Virus record (IMG/VR): IMGVR_UViG_3300037309_000017 | Span: 1 to 31,642 of that record | From: a virus | Taxonomy: Duplodnaviria > Caudoviricetes | Direction: 5' to 3' (one strand) | DNA: 31,642 nucleotides | In this document: in pieces, positions 1 to 6,010 of the stretch | Numbering within the stretch: position 1 is the first letter of the stretch | How the letters are laid out: each line of letters starts with the position of its first letter | Translations under genes and position numbers: made by a program | The notes under the pieces: model-generated | Told to the model about the DNA's origin: nothing | Database searches by the model: none | Seen by the model: only the letters and a program-made list of their open reading frames with translations

Positions 1-211
1 CGGGGACGACCACAGGATCGGGCACGACGCGGAACGTGCAGCCGCTGACGTAGAGAGCCTCGCACGCCGGCAACTCCGGCAGGCTCTTGAGGCCCGTGCA
101 GCCGCTGGCGTTGAGCCGCTCGCACGCGGGCAACTCGGGTGGCATGTCCGACAAGTCGCTGTCGGGGTACAGCGTGATGCTGGTCGCGGCCCAATCAACT
201 TTGCGTGTCAT
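1..211 (-). CDS. Leucine-rich repeat protein, copy 1 (3' end runs off the window)
   Basis: Not in the ORF track. Hand translation from the ATG at 211, which overlaps the TGA of the upstream gene: MTRKVDWAATSITLYPDSDLSDMPPELPACERLNASGCTGLKSLPELPACEALYVSGCTFRVVPDPVVVP... Paralog of 2836-3441. Confidence 0.8.
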   Translation of the reverse strand, partial: MTRKVDWAATSITLYPDSDLSDMPPELPACERLNASGCTGLKSLPELPACEALYVSGCTFRVVPDPVVVP

Positions 212-1029
212 CGCGCGTCCTCCACTGCAAACCTCTGGTACTGCCTCAGCGCCCACTCGGGCACGTCGATGTCGCCCTCGTCGTGGTACATGGGCCACTG
301 GCCCGTCCCGCGGCAACGGATGTACTCGGCGGTCCAAGTGGCGATCTGATCCCTGGCCATCGCCATCGACCGCTCGCCAATCTGGTACACCGCAACGCCG
401 TAGGGCGCGTCGCTCTCGACCGCCAGCAGGGTGAATTGTGAGCGTGGGAGCCCCAGACGCGACGCGCCGAGCTCGTACCACGCTGCCTGGGTGTGGTACC
501 CGTAGTCCATCAGGGACCGCGAAAACGAGTGGCGCGAGGCATCGCGGGTGGTTTTGAGGTCGAGCAGAATGTTCGGCTCGGTGGTCGTGATCCGCTTGTC
601 CACGCGGGCCTTGCACAGCCCCAGCGACGGCTCGTCCCACACCAGCACGACCTCGGTCTCGCCGGGCTGATTGCGCAGCCAACGGGCCTCGCGGTGCAAA
701 CTGATGGCCTTCGCCTGCCCGAGCATGTCGTCGTGTTCGGCCTTGGTGATGACCTCTTGGCCAGCCATGTCCGCCGCCGCCGCGAAGGAATCCCACGTCT
801 TGCCGCGTCGCTCGCCGTCCCACACCGCCCATCGCTCGCTCCACGTCGCCCGCTCCAATACCCACGCATGCAGGGCACGACCGGCACGCTTCGCCAGGCT
901 GTCGTCGCCGCCCGTGTAGTGCTTGCAATGCCACGCGCTGCGCGCCATCTGGCGGAGCGTGCTGTGGTTCATCGCGGGGCTCGCGATGTAGCGGTCGAAC
1001 GTGATGTTGGTGTGGATGCCCGGGGTCAT
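208..1029 (-). CDS. PD-(D/E)XK exonuclease, RecE/exonuclease VIII-like (DUF3799-type)
   Basis: 273 aa with family motifs YIASPAMNHSTL, GRALHAWVLE, CKARVD...LLDLKTT and YGYHTQAAWY. Confidence 0.88.
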   Translation of the reverse strand: MTPGIHTNITFDRYIASPAMNHSTLRQMARSAWHCKHYTGGDDSLAKRAGRALHAWVLERATWSERWAVWDGERRGKTWDSFAAAADMAGQEVITKAEHDDMLGQAKAISLHREARWLRNQPGETEVVLVWDEPSLGLCKARVDKRITTTEPNILLDLKTTRDASRHSFSRSLMDYGYHTQAAWYELGASRLGLPRSQFTLLAVESDAPYGVAVYQIGERSMAMARDQIATWTAEYIRCRGTGQWPMYHDEGDIDVPEWALRQYQRFAVEDAR

Positions 1030-1037
1030 TGGATGCT

Positions 1038-1484
1038 TTACATGGACGCGATCGCCTGGTGAACCTTGGCGAGCTCCTGCAATCGCCGGTACTTTTCAGA
1101 CACGGCGCGAAACTCGTTCTTCGCCCGCGACAGCACCTGGGCCCGCAGATCGTCGATGCTCATGGCGTGTCCGAGCGACTGGTAGTGTGTCCGATTGTCC
1201 TCCCGAACTACCACGAAGGCCCGGGCCGGATGCGGCGTGCTTTCGACGACCACCTCGATCTGGGTGATGATGCTACTCGCGAGGTGGCGTCGCCAAGCCT
1301 CAGCCGCGACGCTATCCTCCCATTCGATCAGCGAGTGCAGCGGAGACTCGCGATCGCGTGCGTCGCCGAGCACGATGTCGATGTTGAGTCCGCCGTGCTG
1401 CCGTCGTAATCGTTCGAGACGTTCGCCGACCACCTGCGCCACCTTGGGCGAGAACCTCGCGCCCGGCTTCCACTGGTATCGCAT
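1038..1484 (-). CDS. Conserved phage hypothetical protein, candidate accessory of the RAMP/array locus
   Basis: 148 aa with AGGAG RBS at 1491-1495. The motif ARDRESPLHSLIEWEDSVAAEAWR resembles a recurring phage family (SPLH..FEWDD..AA...R). Lies directly downstream of the pentamer array. Confidence 0.75.
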   Translation of the reverse strand: MRYQWKPGARFSPKVAQVVGERLERLRRQHGGLNIDIVLGDARDRESPLHSLIEWEDSVAAEAWRRHLASSIITQIEVVVESTPHPARAFVVVREDNRTHYQSLGHAMSIDDLRAQVLSRAKNEFRAVSEKYRRLQELAKVHQAIASM

Positions 1485-1498
1485 GTCAATCTCCTATT

Positions 1499-1528
1499 CT
1501 CGCGACGTGGCGTCAACCACGCCGCGAG
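1499..1528 (-). other. Strong hairpin at the 3' end of the pentamer array
   Basis: Minus strand CTCGCGGCGTGG-TTGACG-CCACGTCGCGAG forms a 12-bp stem with one G-U pair. No U-tract follows, so a processing or stability hairpin is more likely than a terminator. Confidence 0.6.
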
Positions 1529-1534
1529 CCGTGC

Positions 1535-1759
1535 ATGCCCCGCCAAAACGCACCAAGCCACTCCGCGACTCGCCGCACCTGCCGCAACGCACCGAGCCCT
1601 GCCATGACGCGCCGCACCTGCCGCAACGCACCAAGCCTCGCCATGACGCGCCGCGCCTGCCCGAACGTGCGATGCCCTGCCTATCCGGGCGACACCCAGC
1701 CTGCCATCACGCGCCGCGCCACGCCACGCCAAATCAAGCCATAACCCAACAGGCCTGCC
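1535..1759 (-). ncRNA. GGY-NN pentamer repeat array, putative guide RNA array (VIPR vrRNA-like)
   Basis: 41 in-phase pentamers: 26 start with exact GGY, 14 have one mismatch, 1 has two. GGCA delimiters begin at 1759, 1705, 1661, 1622 and 1583, with spacings of 54, 44, 39 and 39 (all 5n+4). Intergenic, immediately 3' of a RAMP-like gene. Confidence 0.8.
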
Positions 1760-1765
1760 GCGAAT

Positions 1766-1789
1766 GCCCGCCAGCCCGTAGGCGGCGGC
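1766..1789 (-). other. Hairpin with C(UACG)G tetraloop at the 5' end of the array
   Basis: Minus strand CCGCC-GCC-TACG-GGC-T-GGCGG, about 10 nt after the RAMP gene stop and just before the first GGCA delimiter. Confidence 0.55.
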
Positions 1790-1798
1790 GCTGTGTTG

Positions 1799-2575
1799 TC
1801 ACGCGCCGACCACCTCGAAACGACCAAAATGGCCATCACGCTCAGGACGCCACTCGCCAATGCCGACGCCGTAGCCCGCCCGGTGCAGCAGATTGGCGAC
1901 GCGCTCCGGAGTCATGGCCGAAGTCTCGAACGAAATTGGGACTGTCATCTCCCACTCCTTGAACTCGCCGCGGAAGCGAGGCGTTGCGGTATTCCCACGG
2001 TCGATCCTCGCGACATCCGTCCGCATCTCGACCTGGCCACGAATCGGCACGAGCTCCTGCAAGATGTGGAACGACATGCGCGCGTTGGTCTTCGCGAGGT
2101 CCACCAGACCGCAGGCCGTCGTCATCGCCTGCTTGATTCCGATGGCCGGAAAACCCAGCGTGTAGGTACGCAGCATCTGCATGGCCTTGGCCTCATCGTC
2201 GCGGGCCAACGCAATGACCTGATCAGGGTCACCCCGGATGATGTGCAGGCTGTCCACGAATTCACGGAACGGCTCGCGAGGCTGCTTGCCCTCGTCGGCC
2301 TTGCCCGTCTGCTTGTCCACGATTTGCATCAACGCCTTGTGCGAAAACCGATGCACGATCAGGGGGGACAGGCCACGGATGACGAAGTGGATCGTCTCGG
2401 TGCGGATAGCCGGTATGCTGATCCGGGCGGTTTTCTTGACGGTCGGCACATCGCCAGTCTTGATCTTGGCCTCGGCGTCGTCATCGTGCCGCAACACAGG
2501 GGGTCGCCCGGTCTTCACGGCACGCGCAGCCGCCGACTTGGCCAAGTACCGTTCCGCTTTGTTCGTAGCAGTCAT
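1799..2575 (-). CDS. Stand-alone RAMP/Cas7-like protein (Vipr-like)
   Basis: 258 aa with AGGGAG RBS. RAMP-like hallmarks: first strand FVIRGLSPLIVH, FPAIGIKQAM (cf. iPgsslKGa), PRFRGEFKEWEMTVPISF, and the C-terminal Gly-rich loop AGYGVGIGEWRPERDGHFGRFEV. Confidence 0.75.
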   Translation of the reverse strand: MTATNKAERYLAKSAAARAVKTGRPPVLRHDDDAEAKIKTGDVPTVKKTARISIPAIRTETIHFVIRGLSPLIVHRFSHKALMQIVDKQTGKADEGKQPREPFREFVDSLHIIRGDPDQVIALARDDEAKAMQMLRTYTLGFPAIGIKQAMTTACGLVDLAKTNARMSFHILQELVPIRGQVEMRTDVARIDRGNTATPRFRGEFKEWEMTVPISFETSAMTPERVANLLHRAGYGVGIGEWRPERDGHFGRFEVVGA

Positions 2576-2677
2576 CGCCTACTCCCTGCACAGTCACACC
2601 AACGCGGGTCGCACGACGCGGCCCAGGAACCCCGCGACGCGGCTTTCGCCTGCGGCGCAAGGGAGGGGAGGGATAGA

Positions 2678-2839
2678 TCACTCGTCTGCGTCGTCGGGCT
2701 CGTCCCACACGATCCAATCGCACTCGGTGCAGTACGTGGAGGGTGGACGCCACTCTTCGTACGCTCCTACGGGCAGCCAGTACCCGCGCTCGGTTGCCGT
2801 AGGCGCGCCGCACTCAGGGCAAGGGGCCGTGCAAGTCAC
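2678..2839 (-). CDS. Small zinc-ribbon protein (53 aa)
   Basis: GTG at 2839 overlaps the LRR gene stop (GTGA). Contains CPECG...YCTECDW and an acidic tail. Confidence 0.6.
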   Translation of the reverse strand: MTCTAPCPECGAPTATERGYWLPVGAYEEWRPPSTYCTECDWIVWDEPDDADE

Positions 2840-3441
2840 AGCGCACGCTCCCCCAGGGCCCATCGCAACAGTGCGACAGACACTCGCCTGCTCGCTGGCA
2901 TGACTAGCTCCAGCCGCCTCTTTTGCTCCGCCGTCAGTGGAGTCTGATCGCATCCGCCAAGCCCCGTGCAGCCGCTGGCGTAGAGCCACTTGCACGCGGG
3001 CAGCGCGGGCAGGCTCACGAGCCCCGTGCAGCCGCTGGCGTTGAGCCGCTCGCACGCCGGCAACTCCGGCAGGCTCTTGAGGCCCGTGCAGCCGTTGACG
3101 TAGAGCCGCTCGCACGCCGGCAACTCCGGCAGGCTCTTGAGGCCCGTGCAGCCGCTGGCGTAGAGCCACTTGCACGCGGGCAGCGCGGGCAGGCTCACGA
3201 GGCCCGTGCAGCCGCTGGCGTCGAGCGTCTCGCACGCGGGCAGCGCGGGCAGGCTCACGAGGCCCGTGCAGCCGCTGGCGTAGAGCCGCTCGCACGCCGG
3301 CAACTCCGGCAGGCTCTTGAGGCCCGTGCAGCCGTTGACGTAGAGCCGCTCGCACGCCGGCAACTCGGGTGGCATGTCCGACAAGTCGCTGTCGGGGTAC
3401 AGCGTGATGCTGGTCGCGGCCCAATCGACAGTGCTCGTCAC
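2836..3441 (-). CDS. Leucine-rich repeat protein, copy 2 (201 aa, seven 20-aa repeats)
   Basis: GTG at 3441 overlaps the upstream TGA and aligns with the start of copy 1. Repeat consensus LP(E/A)LPAC(ER/KW/ET)L(Y/N/D)(AS/VN)GCTGL(K/V)S. Confidence 0.85.
   Translation of the reverse strand: MTSTVDWAATSITLYPDSDLSDMPPELPACERLYVNGCTGLKSLPELPACERLYASGCTGLVSLPALPACETLDASGCTGLVSLPALPACKWLYASGCTGLKSLPELPACERLYVNGCTGLKSLPELPACERLNASGCTGLVSLPALPACKWLYASGCTGLGGCDQTPLTAEQKRRLELVMPASRRVSVALLRWALGERAL
2960..3366. repeat. Tandem 60-bp coding repeat, about 7 copies
   Basis: Successive 60-nt lines from 2941 to 3360 align almost column for column. Confidence 0.95.
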
Positions 3442-3920
3442 AGCGCACCCCCCACGATGCGAGCGCACTCTGCACGGATCAGGGACACGACGCGATCGAC
3501 GATCGGCCCGCACTGCGACGGGGCAACGCCCGCATGTACGAGGGCCTCTCTCACGCCGATGGCGATGTTCGTCCAACGGATGTGCTCGTCGTCGCTCACA
3601 GGGTTCGCTGCCATCACGTCTCGCAGCAATGCCTCCGTGCGGTCGCGTCGGATCGCAGCGCTGGGCCACGCATCACGCACGACGGTGTTTGCGGCATCGA
3701 CCATCCCGGGGCTCGGTGCGCTGTCATCCGTGATGCGTATCTCGGTCGCGCCCGACTCGTGACGCCCGACCGCGACGCCCGCAAAGGCGCTGCGCAACGT
3801 GTCCACGAGCACCGTGCCGGCGTACGTCGCGGGATCTACCCGCAGGGCCTCGTGCGGCCCTGTAGCCTCGCAGAATGGCTCAGGGTGCTGGTACTCGCCG
3901 TGGTGCCGATCAATGTCCAT
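3438..3920 (-). CDS. Hypothetical protein (160 aa)
   Basis: ATG at 3920 with GGAGG RBS at 3925-3929. The stop overlaps the LRR start. Confidence 0.65.
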   Translation of the reverse strand: MDIDRHHGEYQHPEPFCEATGPHEALRVDPATYAGTVLVDTLRSAFAGVAVGRHESGATEIRITDDSAPSPGMVDAANTVVRDAWPSAAIRRDRTEALLRDVMAANPVSDDEHIRWTNIAIGVREALVHAGVAPSQCGPIVDRVVSLIRAECARIVGGAL

Positions 3921-4199
3921 GGTGCCTCCGGGCTCGGGCTCGGGCACCCAAACGAACAAGCCCCCGCACGTCTCTCGACGCACAAGTGTCAGCTGGTGTC
4001 CCTTGCGGGACGCGGGGGCATGTTCGGATTGGGTTGGGTGAGGGGCCAAGTAACGCTCCAGCTGACGCCACCATCATCGGCAGACTCGGCCATCGAGTCC
4101 ACACGTTTTTAGGCTGTGTGCCGTTGAAAAGGCGTAACCCACGGATCGGCAATGGGTTATGGCGTGTAGATTGCCGCAGTTCTGGGCGGCGGGTCCCCT

Positions 4200-4258
4200 G
4201 AAAAAACAAAAAAAAACGACAACGCGCCCTTGACTATCCGATGATCGTCGGTTATGCT
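4200..4258 (+). promoter_or_regulatory. Sigma70-type promoter with A-tract UP element and an operator-like palindrome
   Basis: TTGACT (4230-4235), 17 nt spacer, TATGCT (4253-4258). A-tract at 4201-4216. Imperfect palindrome CCGATGATCGTCGG (4238-4251) inside the spacer. Confidence 0.75.
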
Positions 4259-4302
4259 GTGTGGGTCGCTGCTAGGTGCCGCGGCACTCAAGGAGATGGG
4301 AT

Positions 4303-4869
4303 ATGTGCGACCAGACGATCAGGCCGGACCGGGAGTACAGGGTGGAGATGCACTGCGAGGACGGCGGGAACCACAAGCAGCGGGTCACGATCCCGTCCGG
4401 GACCGAGGAGGCGCAGGACGAGGCCGCGATGTCGTGGGCCAGGGCCGAGACAGAGGACTGGATTCGGGATGCTGAGTGGGGCGACGATGGGGCCACGGTG
4501 TGCGGGTCGTACGTGCTGCGCGATGCGGAATCGACGTGGGAGGAGGAGCACATCGAGGTGGAGATCGCGCCCAAGCACCAGCGCCAGATCCGGTCGGCGA
4601 TGGGCGACAGGGGATGCGGGACCGATCCCGACGACCACACGTGGACCGGCGAGGGCCACGGCGGGTGCAGCGAGAATCCGGGCGTGTGGTCCACCGGCGG
4701 CACGGGGATCAGCATCTCAGAGCACTGCGAGGTATGCGGGCTGGTACGCCACACGCACCTGCGCGGCAGCAACCGCAACCCCGGCGAGAGCGACACGGTG
4801 TCATATCGCGCCCCTACGGACGAAGAGTTGGTAGCGTGGGGCATCGCGGACGCGGACGCGGACGCGTAA
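4303..4869 (+). CDS. Acidic hypothetical protein with Cys/His motifs (188 aa)
   Basis: AAGGAG RBS before the ATG at 4303. Very D/E-rich. Contains HTW...GCSENPG...HCEVCG...H, a possible metal-binding site. Confidence 0.75.
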   Translation: MCDQTIRPDREYRVEMHCEDGGNHKQRVTIPSGTEEAQDEAAMSWARAETEDWIRDAEWGDDGATVCGSYVLRDAESTWEEEHIEVEIAPKHQRQIRSAMGDRGCGTDPDDHTWTGEGHGGCSENPGVWSTGGTGISISEHCEVCGLVRHTHLRGSNRNPGESDTVSYRAPTDEELVAWGIADADADA

Positions 4870-4966
4870 CGCACGCGACCCACCACCCGCGCCACGCCCC
4901 ACCGGACGGGCGCCGGGCTTCACCCGCCGCGACGGTGCGGCGGGCAACCAAGGGGCCGAGTGACAC

Positions 4967-5209
4967 ATGCCATCTACCGACGCGATCCACGCAGCCGTCG
5001 TCGCCCGCGCCGCCGAGCTGGGCATGACGGCCTACGCAATCGCACGCGCCACGGACGGCGCGGTCAACGCCGACACTATGGCCAAGTACATGCGGGGCGG
5101 CTACGCGATGGGGTCTGACCGCCTCTCGCATGTGCTGCGGGTGCTCGGCCTGTGCGTGCGCCCGTGCCCATCGCACCGAGCACGCGCGGCACGATCTCGC
5201 GCGAAGTGA
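4967..5209 (+). CDS. XRE/Cro-like helix-turn-helix regulator
   Basis: 80 aa. The pattern LGMTAYAIARAT...VNADTMAKYMRG...RLSHVLRVLGL fits an XRE HTH. Confidence 0.7.
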   Translation: MPSTDAIHAAVVARAAELGMTAYAIARATDGAVNADTMAKYMRGGYAMGSDRLSHVLRVLGLCVRPCPSHRARAARSRAK

Positions 5210-5287
5210 CGCGGCGCAACTCGCTCGCACGTACGCCATGGCGTACGCTGGACCGCGCGTCGGGTGGACGGACACGAGGGGCCGCAC

Positions 5288-5647
5288 ATGCCCAACAGCC
5301 CCAAAGTCGCGTGCAGCGTGTGCGGCGTGGCCGGATGCAAGGCCCATCGCCGAGCCCGCATCGCATGGGACCATCGCGGCAAGGACGACACGGATCGCGG
5401 GTACGGCGCGACGTGGCGCAAGATCAGGACGGACGTGCTCGCCCGCACGCCCCGGTGCGCATGGTGCGCCGCGATGGCTACGTGCGTGGACCATCGCGTA
5501 CCAAAGAGCATGGGCGGCACGGACGCATACGCGAATCTGCAACCGCTCTGCGACGGCTGCCACGCTCGCAAGACGCGCCAAGAATCCATACAGGGCGCGC
5601 AACGCGCCGCCGCAAAGCGGCGCGAGTCTGCGGGTCATGACGCATGA
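5288..5647 (+). CDS. HNH endonuclease (HK97 gp74-like, packaging-associated type)
   Basis: RGYGATWRKIR...PRCAWC...VDHRVPKSMGGTDAYANLQPLCDGCHARKT. Confidence 0.9.
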   Translation: MPNSPKVACSVCGVAGCKAHRRARIAWDHRGKDDTDRGYGATWRKIRTDVLARTPRCAWCAAMATCVDHRVPKSMGGTDAYANLQPLCDGCHARKTRQESIQGAQRAAAKRRESAGHDA

Positions 5648-5673
5648 TTGAGACGCGATCGGACCGCGCGATC

Positions 5674-5925
5674 CTAGTGCAGCATTGCCGGAGCCAGCAA
5701 CTTCAGGAACGCGAGCACGACGGAAGTCACCGCCGCCATCGCTACCCAGCCGATGACGCGATCCCTGCGTCTGGCGTCCTGCTCCAGCCGGTCCATTCGC
5801 ACGGCCAGCGACTTGCTCGCATCCCCGCCGCCCGTGATGAACACGCGGACCTCGTGCAGCTCCTTGCGCATGGCGCGCACCTCAACCACCAGTTCGCGGA
5901 CGGATTCGTGCGTAAACGTAGACAT
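5674..5925 (-). CDS. Small coiled-coil protein with one C-terminal TM segment, holin-like candidate
   Basis: LAVRMDRLEQ followed by IGWVAMAAVTSVVLAFLKLL. Last gene of the late module. Start is uncertain (5925 or 5961). Confidence 0.5.
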   Translation of the reverse strand: MSTFTHESVRELVVEVRAMRKELHEVRVFITGGGDASKSLAVRMDRLEQDARRRDRVIGWVAMAAVTSVVLAFLKLLAPAMLH

Positions 5926-6010
5926 GCTGCTATCGCCTACGTCGTCGAGGGGCATGCTCATAACGCCCGCCGCAGCCGTTGGGCGTGCGGCGGGCTGGAG
6001 GAGAGAGATA

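Noticed and set aside
1535-1759. Canonical CRISPR array
   Set aside because: There are no constant repeats of about 25-45 nt alternating with unique spacers. Conservation is interleaved at a 5-nt period, and no cas1/cas2 is present.
1195-1962. ORFs crossing the array (1195-1962 +, 1328-1732 -, 1535-1744 +)
   Set aside because: These are low-complexity translations of a stop-poor repeat. A 5-nt period does not fit codon structure, and two of the three overlap better-supported genes.
2960-3366. 60-bp repeats as a CRISPR or ncRNA array
   Set aside because: The period is a multiple of 3, the repeats translate into a coherent LRR, and there are no spacers.
35-3426. Diversity-generating retroelement TR/VR pair
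   Set aside because: There is no reverse transcriptase in the window, both copies are coding N-terminal regions, and the differences are block swaps rather than adenine-specific changes.
4871-4905. Second GGY-NN tract (GGTGG GGCGT GGCGC on the minus strand)
   Set aside because: Only three in-phase pentamers with no GGCA delimiter, which is compatible with chance at this GC content.
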